Assembly: GCF_006345805.1 (NCBI RefSeq)
Contig: NC_043022.1
Location: forward strand, 2,790,001 to 2,854,000
Source of the DNA: Octopus sinensis
Lineage: Eukaryota
Length of the DNA: 64,000 nucleotides
Direction of reading: 5' to 3'
The position numbers and the translations under genes were made by a program. This document shows positions 1 to 11,387 of this stretch, in pieces; position 1 is the stretch's first letter, and the number at the start of each line of letters is the position of its first letter. The notes beneath the pieces were generated by a model. The model searched no databases, had not been told where the DNA came from, and saw only the letters and a program-made list of their open reading frames with translations.

Positions 1-204
1 TTATCCTGCTGGATAACAATGCTTATGGCATTTTGCCTGTCCTTACATTCTGAGTTCAAATTCTGCCGAGGTCAGCTTTGCCTTTCATCCTTTCAGGGTT
101 GATAAATGAAGTACCAGTGAAACACTGGTCCTCTCTCTCCCAGAATTTCAGGCTTGTGCCTTTAGTAGAAAGGTTTATTATTTTACCTCTCTCTATTATC
201 ATGT

Positions 205-239
<35 letters not shown>

Positions 240-683
240 TAGAGATCAATTTTAACAACAAAATCTTATTTGGGGCCCCCAAGGGTCATATGAACCCTGG
301 TTGTGAACCATTGCTATAAATGTTGACCATCAGTTTATTACATTGTACATCAGTGCTAGAACATTGTTCTGTCCACAGAAATAGCTGTGCTTAACTCTTT
401 GCTTGTCCTTTCCTCTCACGTGTGATATACACAGCTTATATTTCCCCAGTGTCCGTGTGTCATATAGGATACACATTCTCATTTTATTTCTCAACCACCA
501 GAGTAACTTGGGTCATATGAAAGGAAAGCTTTGTATTACTCAGAATGTACGTAACACTGACTAACTAAAAACCTGAAAACAAGCATAGGCATTAAGGAGA
601 AACTTGTAAAAATGCTTTAGACAGGCAACGGGTTAACTCCTACAATGGAGTTTGAGTCACTTAGTGTCTGTAACGCTCCTTAA

Positions 684-1305
684 CCCTTTCGTTACCAACC
701 CGGCTGAAACCACCTCTGTCTCTGTAGTACAAATGTCTTGTTTCCAAAAGTTCTGAATTAAAATCTTCCACTAAACCTTAGTCACAATTTATGTTCCTAA
801 CACTAGCTTAACAATATACTCTTTACTCTTCTTACTTGTTTCAGTCATTTGACTGCGGCCATGCTGGAGCACCGCCTTTAGTCGAGCAAATCGACCCCAG
901 GACCCATTCTTTGCAAGCCCAGTACTTATTCTATCGGTCTCTTTTGCCGAACCGCTAAGTGAAGGGGATGTAAGCACACCAGCATCGGTTGTCAAGCAAT
1001 GCTAGGGGGACAAACACAGACACAAACATACACACATATATACATATATACGACAGGCTTCTTTCAGTTTCCGTCTACCAAATCCACTCACAAGGCTTTG
1101 GTTGGCCCGAGGCTATAGTAGAAGACACTTGCCCAAGATGCCACGCAGTGGGACTGAACCCAGAACCATGTGGTTGGTAAGCAAGGTACTTACCACACAG
1201 CCACTCCTGCGCCTATATCTAAGTTAATTTACTAAATTCTTTGTTATATTTAAAATTAATTGAAACACAGAGCACTTCAACAACAGAAATATGGTAACAA
1301 AAGGG
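684..1305. mobile_element. piggyBac-type MITE (TTAA TSD, CCC...GGG ends) interrupted by a SINE
   Basis: TTAA|CCCTTTCGTTACCA ... TGGTAACAAAAGGG|TTAA. Confidence 0.85.
820..1214 (-). mobile_element. tRNA-derived CORE-type SINE (~390 bp, central TA/CA microsatellite), inserted in a MITE
   Basis: Minus-strand head GGCGCAGGAGTGGCTGTGTGG...GGTTCAGTCCC (A/B-box-like), CORE-like GGCA(C/T)CTTGGGCAAGTG, and family tail ...GACTGAAACAAGTAA. Confidence 0.85.
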
Positions 1306-1916
1306 TTAAAGGGACTTTCCCTGGAAGAAATCCTGCAGCCTAAAAGCATTTAACAACACCTACATGAAGTGTACACACACACGCACACACACACACTTCC
1401 TCTCACTCAGTTGAGAGGTCCTTGTATTGCAGGCTCATGTGTATTAGTGCCAAATGAGAAGCACCCATGCACATGGGTGCTTTTCATGTGTCACATGAAA
1501 AGCACCCATACCAATGCCACATGAAAAGCATCTCATGCTTGCTGATGCCACATATAAAGTGTCAGTGCCACATGTATGGCATCCATGCCAGTGCCACGTA
1601 TAAAGCACCCAGTTGTAAAACCCTTGCGAGCATGGATAACGGGCATTAAATGATGTGTGTGTGTGAGAGTGTATGCATGTATGCACTCACATGTAGTAAA
1701 AAAAAAAAACCGATAAGAGTACAGTGAAGTTGCCAAGGTATTGGAAAATCCAGTGTTTTGGTATTTATAACTTTCCTCCTCTGGGGAAAAGTAAAATTGG
1801 CAGGAAAATTATTATTGGTGAAATTATTGAGACACACAAGTTTTACATCCTCTAGGTTTGTGTGTGTGTGTGTACTAAGTAGGACTACTCGAGGAAAAAG
1901 AACTCAATACATTTAT

Positions 1917-2125
1917 ACTCTTTTATTTGTTTCAGTCATTTGACTGCAGCCATGCTGGAGCACCGCCTTTTTTAATCAAGCAACTCAACCCCGGGACTTA
2001 TTCTTTTGTAAGCCCAGTACTTATTCTATCGGTCTCTTTTGTTGAACCGCTAAGTAACGGGGACATAAACACACCAGCATCGGTTGTCAAGCAATGCTAG
2101 GGGGACAAACACAAACACACACACA

Positions 2126-2169
<44 letters not shown>

Positions 2170-2334
2170 TACGACAGGCTTCTTTCAGTTTCCGTCTACC
2201 AAGTCCACTCACAAGGCTTTGGTCGGCCCGAGGCTATAGTAGAAGACACTTGCCCAAGGTGCCACGCAGTGGGACTGAACCCGGAACCATGTGGTTAGTA
2301 AACAAGCTACTTACCACACAGCCACTCCTACGCC
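1917..2334 (-). mobile_element. CORE-type SINE, full length
   Basis: Same family as 820-1214, high identity. Confidence 0.85.
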
Positions 2335-3139
2335 TTTGTTGAATGAAACTGTTCTTTGTTATTGCAAAGTTGTGCTTCACGCTAACTACTCGTAATTTCA
2401 CCTTAAGCAGCAATTTCCAGACTGTATACCCATACATACATATGTACGTATATATGTATGTCTTTTGCCAAAGTATTATTATTATCAAGAAAAAGAAACT
2501 GGTGTTTTTGAACAGGAAAAAAAAGTCGATTGTGTTAATTGTTCTGCCCTTGTTGCACAGATAATCCCTTATTCTTGCCATTCTTAAATGCACTGAACCT
2601 GTAATTAATTAGTCTCTGAAACCTGGAACCAATCATGGTATTATGGTAATGTTCACAAACCTTGATATAAAACATCTTTCTTTAATTACAAATTTAATAC
2701 AAAATTTCTTTTCTTTGTATGTATGTATTGGCCGAAGCAGTCGTGACTTCTGGAACTTGACTGAGGAAAGAAAGCCACGAATGACCCGTCTTTTTTTTTT
2801 GCCTGTCTTAATTGTTGTTTTTTTTGTCCACCTTTGTGTCGTCTGAATGTTTTAATGTCCTCTATTGCGTTTCTGTTCCATTTTTATATTTATATATGTA
2901 TATATATATATATATATTTTTTTTTAGTATTCAGTAGAAGCAACAGTGTGACTCAAGGACCAAGAGTTTCAGGTTTTGAAACTTAACCAAACTGTGGCAA
3001 TGCATGAAACTCTCAACCTTGGAGTCTTCTGCTAAATATTGATAAAAAAAATATATACATATACTTATATTTTGAGTTGTGTTTTTCCAGTTTGCATTAC
3101 CAAACCTATATATATATTTTTTCTTTTTTTTTTTTTTTC

Positions 3140-3329
3140 ACTTGTTTCAGTCATTTGACTGCGGCCATGCTGGAGCACCACCTTTAGTCGAGCAAATCGA
3201 CCCCAGGACTTATTCTTTGTAAGTCCAGTACTTATTCTATCGGTCTCTTTTGCCGAAACACTAAGTGACGGGGATGTAAACACACCAGCATCGGTTGTCA
3301 AGCAATGCTAGGGGGACAAACTCACACAT

Positions 3330-3386
<57 letters not shown>

Positions 3387-3549
3387 TACGACAGGCTTCT
3401 TTCAGTTTCCGTCTACCAAATCCACTCACAAGGCATTGGTCGGCCCGGGGCTATAGCAGAAGACACTTGCCCAAGATGCCACGCAGTGGGACTGAACCCG
3501 GAACCATGTGGTTGGTTAGCGAGCTACTTACCACACAGGCACTCCTGCG

Positions 3550-3551
<2 letters not shown>
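3140..3551 (-). mobile_element. CORE-type SINE, full length
   Basis: Same family. Confidence 0.85.
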
Positions 3552-3585
<34 letters not shown>

Positions 3586-3657
3586 TACATTAAACTGTTA
3601 ATCCCTACACATTTTTAAATTTCATTCTGTCTCCATGTTTTTTTTTCCGTCTCGCCC

Positions 3658-3695
3658 TTTTCTGTCAAAGAGCCTAGGCTCGAAATATCAATGAC
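3658..3695 (+). ncRNA. Decayed copy of the 40904-type hammerhead-like motif
   Basis: TTTT-CTGTCAA-A-GAGC-CTAG-GCTC-GAAA-TA-TC has the same architecture as 40904-40941 with core mutations. Confidence 0.35.
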
Positions 3696-4325
3696 TTTTC
3701 CCATTCTTCCCAAGTGTCAAACTAATACACTTGCTTGTTGTTCCTTCACTCATCCTTGTCTTTTGTTTTTCTGTAAATTTGAACTATATGTACATTTGTA
3801 TATACATACGTATGTACTCACATATACTTTGGTAAAGCTTGAGGTGCCACCACAAGTTTCTAAAGGAAAAGGGTCACTTGACATTCCTTTCACGGGGTAC
3901 CTCTGATGAGGAGTGTCCTGCACCAAAAAGTCACACTAAAGATAACCTTTTAGCATTCAACTGGCCCAAATATTCTACCTGCTTCTTGTTCAAACCTGCC
4001 AGATCTGACCCCTTACTCCTATCCTACAATATCGTTCTGAAAATAAGCAATCACATCGTTGAAATCTCGTTACAAGATAATGCAAGGTTAATTCGAAACA
4101 AGATGGTATTACATAACTATTAGGTGCAGGAGTGGCTGTGTGGTAAGAAGCTTGCTTCCTGACCACATGGTTGCAGGTTCAGTCCTCAGTCCCACTGTGT
4201 GGCACATTGGGCAAGTGTCTTCTACTATAGCCTTGGGCCAACCAATGCCTTGTGAGTGGATTTGAAGGACAGGAACTGAAAGAAGCCCATCATATGTATA
4301 TATGTATATATATATATATATACGT

Positions 4326-4598
4326 TGCCAGCGCCACCCCGACTGGCCTCCGTGCTGGTGGCATGTAAAAAGCACCATCCGTCCATGGCCGTTCACCAGC
4401 CCCGTCTGGCACCTGTGCGGGTGGCATGTAAAAAGCACCCACTACACTCACGGAGTGGTTGGCGTTAGGAAGGGCATCCAGCCATAGAAACATTGCCAGA
4501 TCAGACTGGGCCTGATGCAACCTCCTGGCTTCCCAGACCCCAGTTGAACCGTCCAACCCATGCTAGCATGGAAAGCAGACGCTAAACGATGATGATGA
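4326..4598 (+). mobile_element. RTE-LINE 3'UTR copy nested in the (TA)n of a CORE-type SINE
   Basis: Standard module plus tail, flanked by the SINE head (4123-4310) and SINE tail (4601-4727). Confidence 0.8.
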
Positions 4599-5502
4599 TG
4601 TTTGTGTGTCTGTGTTTGTCCCCCCACCATCATTTGACAATCGATGTTGGTATGTTTATGTCCCTGTAACATAGCGGTCCAGCAAAAGAGATCGATAGAA
4701 TAAGTACTAGGCTTACAAAGAACAAGTCCATTTTCAACTTCCATTCATACTACAGATGCCTATAAGCATCTCTTATCCATTGGTACCAAACTGCAATGAT
4801 ACATACATGCATTGCACAGATGCAGGTGTAGAATCCCAGGTGTTTACCTGTGCCCTTCTTTCGGTTGTGAAATCCTTCAGATGCTTATATGCTTCTGTGG
4901 TATGGATGTGTTAAACACTGGAGTAATTTCATGTTGCTCTGAATGATGAATTTGTTCTTTCTATCTTAAACCCTTTCGCATTTAAACTGGCTACATCATG
5001 CTCAATTATTCCACCTGTTTTATGTTTAAAACCAGCCAGATCCAGACTCTCACACCTACCCTACAATGTCATTCTAAAGATAGACAATCACATCATTGAA
5101 ATTCCAAAATGATGAGATAATAACGCATGATTTAATTAAAAAACAATGTGACTAAATAAATATAATATTTGGCAGAGTAATCTGAATGCTAAAGAGTTCA
5201 TTCTTTAGCATTTAAATTGGCCAGATCCTGCCTCTCACACCTACCCTACAATGTCAGTCTAAAAATAAACAATCACATCATTGAAATCTCAAAGCTATGA
5301 AATAATGCATGATTAATTTTAAAATGTGTAACTAAATAAACATTTTATTTTACAGAGTAATCTGAATGCTAAACGATTAGTTAATTTTGTCTTTAATTAA
5401 TTCATGCTGTTTTGTGGCTGGAGTCATGTTTCCGTATGTTAATTTATTAACCCAAGGGTCTTTCTTCTTTCTTTTTTTTTTCTTTGTTTCATTTTGTTAC
5501 AG

Positions 5503-5748
5503 GTCCAACCATTATTGAAACAGTGTAGCACAGCCCAAAACCAGACAAGCTTTAATGTAACAAGACACCTGGATCCAGATGGTTTGACCACCCACCCTGA
5601 CACAGTTCAACAGAGAGTGAACGAGATCCGTTCAGATTATCACCAAACAATTGAAATACAGAAGCGGCATCTGGAGCAATTAGCGACATTATATCAAGCG
5701 TCGGCCTTCAACGGCACCGTTCGGCAAATATCCGATAAAGATGAACTC
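5503..5748 (+). CDS. MTMR3: Internal coding exon of MTMR3/MTMR4-like myotubularin (pre-FYVE region with coiled coil), 82 codons, phase 0/0
   Basis: Polypyrimidine tract plus TTACAG acceptor (AG 5501-5502) and GTAAGA donor at 5749. Translation VQPLLKQ...RHLDPDGLTTHPDTVQQRVNEIRSDYHQTIEIQKRHLEQL...ISDKDEL resembles, from memory, the MTMR3/4 'D.VQQRL.QI...Q.E.E.LK..V.EL' coiled coil. Frame is compatible with the next exon. The symbol denotes an MTMR3/MTMR4 co-orthologue; upstream exons are not seen in the window. Confidence 0.85.
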
Positions 5749-5872
5749 GTAAGATATACTGCTTTTTTTCTCTTCTTTTTTCAAATTATTTTATTTCAGT
5801 TTTATTTTGTTTTATTTTGTTTGTTAAACTGTTTCAAGTTTTAGAAGTTTGAAATGAATTATTCTCCAAATT

Positions 5873-7925
5873 AAAGGCGGCAAGCTGGCAGAATCATTAG
5901 CACACCGGACGAAACGCTTAGCAGAGTGTCATCTGCCTTTACGTTCTGAGTTCAAACTCTGCCAAGATTGACTTTGCATTTCATCCTTTCGAGGTCAATA
6001 ATATAAGTACCAGTTGAGTCCTAGGGTCTATGTAGTTGACTAGTCCCCTCCTCCCAAATTTCAGGTCTTGTGCCTAAAGTAGAAAGTATCATTATTATTA
6101 TTATCATTATTATTATTATTATTAGAATCGTGGCCGAAGCCAGTGCCGCCTCAACTGGCTTCCGTGCAGGTGGCACGTAAAATGCACCAATCCAACCGTG
6201 GCCGATGCCAGCCTCGCCTGGCACCAGTGCAGGTGGCACATAAAAAGCACCCACTACACTCACGGAGTGGTTGGCGTTAGGAATGGCATCCAGCTGTAGA
6301 AACACTGCCAGATCAGATTGGAGCCTGGTGCAGCCTTCTGACTTCCCAGATCCCCGGTCGAACCATCCAACCCATGCCAGCATGGAGAACAGACGTTAAA
6401 CGATGATGATGATGATGATGATGACAGTGAGCTGACTAAATCATTAGCGTGCCGGGTGAAATGCTTAAAAGTATTTCATCCATTTGAATGTTCTGAGTTC
6501 AAATTCCACCAAGGTCGACTTTGCCTTTCATTCTTTCGGGGTCGATTAAATATGTACCAATTACGCACTGGGGTCGTTATAATTGACTTAATCCCTTCTC
6601 CCAAGCTGCCCTTGTGGCAAAAATTTGAAATCGTTACCATTATCGTTATTAAAGTAGCAAAGCTGGCAGAATCATCAGCATACTGGACAAAATTCTTGGT
6701 GGAATTTCATCCGGTTTTTGTGTTCCGAGTTCAAACTGCGCCGAGGTTTCAAGATTGATAAAATAAGTACCAGTTGAGCACTGGGGTCAATTGCCCTCAC
6801 CCCCGAAATTGCTGGTTTTGTGCCAAAATTTGGAACTGTTATTATTATTATTAATGCGGCAAGCTAGCAGATTCATTAGCAAGCCAAACAAAATGCTTTG
6901 CGATATTTCGTCTGCCACCATGTTCTGAGTTCAAATTCCACTGAGGTCGACTTTGCCTTTCATCCTTTCAAGGTCGATAAAATAAGTACCAGTTACGCAC
7001 TGGGGTCGATGTAATCAACTAGTCCCCTCCCCCAAAATTTCAGGCCTTGTGGCTTTTAGTAGAAAGGATTATTATTATTATTATTATTATTATTATTGAG
7101 TGAGAGAGCAGTGCATGCCATCAAAGTGACACTGGGGTAAAATATACGAAGCCTAGTCTACCCATCATGACTACCTGTCTGATAAGGGTACACCAGGCAC
7201 ATGCATCACAACCATATGTGCGCAACATGGTGATCTCATATCAAGATAAACAGCACATGACCTTGCAGGTGGGGCCCAGTTAGAATTTTCTTCATGTCGA
7301 GTAACTCATCCCACTCGAAAGGTCCCTGAATAAGGGTTGTTTAAGGATGTTGAAAGAACCACCCATGTTTCCAGAGGTGAATTATTCAAACCCCAAAGAA
7401 TCCCTCTCAACACATTGCTCTGATGCTCCCCCACTACTTCTGCTTGTGATCAGAGATGCACATATCGTCAGCCACTAAGGGACATGCTCAATAGGTTAAG
7501 GTCAAACAACTGACAAGCATTATTATTATTATTAAGGTAGTGAGCTAGCAGAATTGTTAGCACACTGGGTAAAATGCTTAGTGTCATATTGTCGGTCTTT
7601 ACGTTCTGAGTTCAAATTCCGCCGATGTCGACTTTGCCTTTCAGCCTTTCAGTGTCGAAAAAATAAATACCAGTGAAACACTGGGGGTCGATGTAATCGA
7701 CTTACCCCCCTCCCCCAAATTCCAGGCCTTATGTCTATAGAAGAAAGGATTATTATTGCTATTGTTATTAAGGTAGCGGGCTGGCAGAATCGTTAGCATT
7801 CCAGGCAAAATGCTTGACGTCGTTTCGTCCGTCTTTACATTCTGAATGCAATTTCTGCTGAGGTCAACTTTGCTTTTCATCCTTTCAGGGTCAGTGAAAT
7901 AAATACCAGTGGAGTGCTGGGAAAA
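5873..7925 (+). mobile_element. Cluster of ~6 copies of a second tRNA-derived SINE family separated by (TTA)n
   Basis: Repeated GGCGGC(G/A)AGCTGGCAGAA..TTAGC...TTCTGAGTTCAAATTCC...GACTTTGCCTTTCATCCTTTCGGGGTCGATAAA.TAAGTACCAG. The central motif is reminiscent of Nin/Deu-domain SINEs (from memory). Other repeats are interleaved. Confidence 0.8.
6125..6425 (+). mobile_element. RTE-LINE 3'UTR copy. Further copies at ~8960-9177(+), 10180-10456(-/+), 10575-10790(-), 13290-13500(-), 19740-19890(-), 26885-27062(+), 29068-29365(+), 31152-31500(-), 33905-34135(+), 43338-43608(+), 59015-59270(+), 61868-62125(+)
   Basis: Shared GTAAAAAGCACCCACTACACTCACGGAGTGGTTGGCGTTAGGAAGGGCATCCAGC...GACGTTAAAC(GAT)n. 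Confidence 0.85.
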
Positions 7926-9391
7926 GTTTAGGGTTTGTGTTATAAAAAAATATTCATTGATTAGACAATATAACTATTATTGCAATCAGCGTCGTCGTCA
8001 TCGTCCTTTACTGTCCATTTTCCATGCTGGCATGGATGGGTTGGTTTGACCAGAGCTGGCAAGCAGAAGAGCAGCACCAGGTTCCTACCTTAATTACATA
8101 TATTATAATCAATGTGATGTTAATTACAATATAGTATTTTTTTCTTTTTTTAATTACAATTATAATTTATTGCAATGCTAATTATATCTAGTATCATAAT
8201 TATTGTGATATTGTTAATTACCCAGAAACATGGTTATTTTAATGATCTAAAATTCATTTAAAAAAGGTCAGTTGATAGTTTTGTTTCTTCGAAGGTCACT
8301 TTTTTTTTTTTTTGTATTTTACTTTTTCTTTTTTTGTTTTTGGAGGGTGGTTAATGTTTTCTTGTGATATTTAATTCAATGTGGTCTTTGCATATAAAGA
8401 GATTCTTCATCCCTTCTCCTTCAAAAAATAGGACACAGTGGATTGGATAATGTAGTAAAACAGGATGGTCACAGCTGGAGTACCTTCTAGTTATCGGGAA
8501 CAAACTTCTCACAACACAGCCACATGACACTTGTCTGTTCTAGTCTTCTGTGAGAACCTGTCTGGCCTTGATGTTGTTCAGGTTTCGATTGATTAGGTAG
8601 GGAAACCAGTTAACAGGAAGGACATCTGGCTCTCATCTGACCCATGCAATCATGCAAAAATGGATGTTAAACATTATGATAATAATAATAATAATAATAG
8701 CAATTTGTCCGTCCTTCCCTTTTCCTTTTTTAATCATCACAACAACATCCTGGCCCTTTCAGCCTTAACTCTTTTGAGACCAACCTTCCTGAAACTGCCC
8801 TTGGTTCTATAATACAAACTTTGTTCTAAAGTGGTCTAAATTAAAACCTTCCACCAAAATTCTGTGTTAATTTATGTTACAAACACCAGATTAATAATGA
8901 CAAATTCTTCGTTATTCTCAAAATTAATTGAAACAAAAGCAGTATATTTCAACTGATATTGTGGCCGTTGCCAGCCTCGCCTGGCACCTGTGCAGGTGCC
9001 ACGTAAAAAGCACCCACTACACTCACGGAGTGGTTGGCGTTAGGAAGGGCATCCAGCCGTAGAAACATTGCCAGATAAGACTGGAGCCTGGTGCAGCCTT
9101 CTGGCTTCCCAGATCCCCGGTCGAACCATCCAACCCATGCTAGCATGGAGAACGGACGTTAAACGATGATGATGATTTGATAACAAAATGGATAAAATGG
9201 TCTAAATTAAAACCTTCCATGTTAATTTGTGTTACAAATGCCAGATTAACACTGACAAAGACTCTCTGTTATTTTCAAAATACATTCAAACGAAAGCACC
9301 GTGTTTAAAGAACAATATGGCAACAAAAGAGTTAAAGTGATCCGAACCTTCCATCACAAATTCTTATTTTATGTCCCAGACACCAGCTTAA

Positions 9392-9611
9392 CCCTTTCGT
9401 TACCAACCCGGCCAAAACCGGCTCTGACACTGTAGTATAAATGTCTTGTTTTCATAAGTTTTGAATTAAAATCTTCCACCAAACCTTAGTTGCAATTTAT
9501 GTTCTTAATACTAGCTTAATAATAATTGAATTATTTTACTAAATTCTTTGTTATATTTAAAATAATTGAAAGAAACACAGAGTATCTCAAAATAAATCAG
9601 TAACGAAAGGG
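9392..9611. mobile_element. piggyBac-type MITE, 220 bp, inserted at a TTAA inside a related element
   Basis: TTAA 9388-9391 and 9612-9615; TIR CCCTTTCGTTAC/GTAACGAAAGGG; same family as 684-1305. Confidence 0.88.
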
Positions 9612-11342
9612 TTAATAATGACAGTTATTTTACTAAAGTCTTTATTTTCAAAACCCGTTGAAACAAACCCAGTCCCCCAGACCCCTCAGATTAGCCGGGA
9701 TAAACAAATAAAGGTTGAACTCCCTCCTCCTCTAGATTGTTTATGGATTGTTTTCGACAAGGAACCACTGTGCTAATAACTTACAGACGCTACACAATTT
9801 CAAGTTGACATCCTCTTTTGTTTTTTTTATAATCCTTCTTTAAATCCACTTAAGACTATGAGATGATCTTTTAATGATCAAGGATGTTGTGCTGTTGCTA
9901 TAGCAGACAGACAAACATCCTACATCTTTCGGTGAGTGGTGTTGGGTTTTTAGACTGAAACTGTTGTGAGTTGATCTAAATTTTTTACACAAACACTCTT
10001 GAGTTTTTGATGCTTGAAAATATGTCAATTTGTTTTTATTGTTTCAATTATTTAACCCGTCTTTACTGTGATTCCATTTGGTGAAAAGAGGTTATATATA
10101 TAAAGTAGGAATCAGATTGAGGCAAATCAAATTTACATATTAAAAATATATTGATATATAAAAAATATATAAATATATATCATCATCATCATCGTTTAAC
10201 ATTTGTTTTCCATGCTAGCATGGGTTGGACGGTTTGACCAGGGTCTGGGAAACCAGGAGGCTCCAGTCTGATTTGGCACGTAAAAAGCACCCACTACACT
10301 CGCGGAGTGGTTGGCGTTAGGAAGGGCATCCAGCCGTAGAAACTCTGCCAGATCAGACTGGAGCCTGGAGCAGCCCCTGGCTTCCCAGACCCCGGTCGAA
10401 CCGTCCAACCCGTGCTAGCGCGGAAAACGGACGTTAAACGATGATGATGATGATGATACACATTTATATTTATTCAGTCCCAGACCCAATATGCATGAAT
10501 TTCTCCAAAAGTATATTCAATACATCGAACATATTAAAAATATATTGATATATAAAAAATATATAAATATATATCATCATCATCATCATCATCGTTTAAC
10601 ATCTGTTTTCCATGCTAGCATGGGTTGGACAGTTCAACTGGGGTCTGGGAAGCCAGGAGGCTGCACCAGGCTCCAGTCTGATCTGGCAGAGTTTCTACAG
10701 CTGGATGCCCTTCCTAACGCCAACCACTCCATCAGTGTAGTGGGTGCTTTTTATGTGCCAGGGGAGGCTGGCAATGGCCACGATTATTGATTGGTGCTTC
10801 AAAAATATATTGCAAAAATAAATAAATACATATAAAATGAAGTCATAAAAAGAGTTAAGAGTCTATAAGATAAAAAATTTTCTGTGTTACTAATCTGGTT
10901 GATAATCCTACAGCCGTTTCTGGGGGTCTGGTTGTCCAGTCATATAAAAGATCCTTACATCCATTTTTGGACACCACCTCTTTCATCAGGGAAAATAAAT
11001 TTCTAAAAAGGTTCACAAGTCCTGCGTTTTCATAACGGGAATTTCTTACTGAGTGTTCTTATGGGGGTATATGCAAAAGACCAGGGAACAGAAGGGTTTT
11101 TGAGTGGTCGGAGGAGGAGATACAATGCATGATAAGAATCTGTTCCGCTCCCTGGTTTTAAGGGTATCGCGAAAGGCCTGGTTGGAGGCTCAACCTTCTG
11201 AATTCTTTTTCCAGGGCCACAGCAATAAGTATGTGAATCTGAGAGGGGAATAAGTTGAATAAAATCATAATTAACTGATCCTCATCCTATATTTTCTTTC
11301 GTCCAAAGCCAGGAACTTTTCAACAGCCCCTTGTATGTATAA

Positions 11343-11387
<45 letters not shown>

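Noticed and set aside
789-3601. Recurrent short ORFs MTTDAGV.../MLGGQT.../MSSNARG... and MDGSTG.../MLAWVG...
   Set aside because: They are chance frames within multi-copy SINE and LINE-3'UTR sequence, with stops and frames inconsistent between copies.
5737-5748. KDEL ER-retention signal at the end of the exon
   Set aside because: It is followed by a GTAAGA donor and not a stop. The spliced product continues ASLPES and the unspliced one continues VRY, so KDEL is never C-terminal.
11215-11330. Possible Tc1/mariner terminal fragment
   Set aside because: The resemblance is from memory only, with no partner TIR or transposase ORF in the window.
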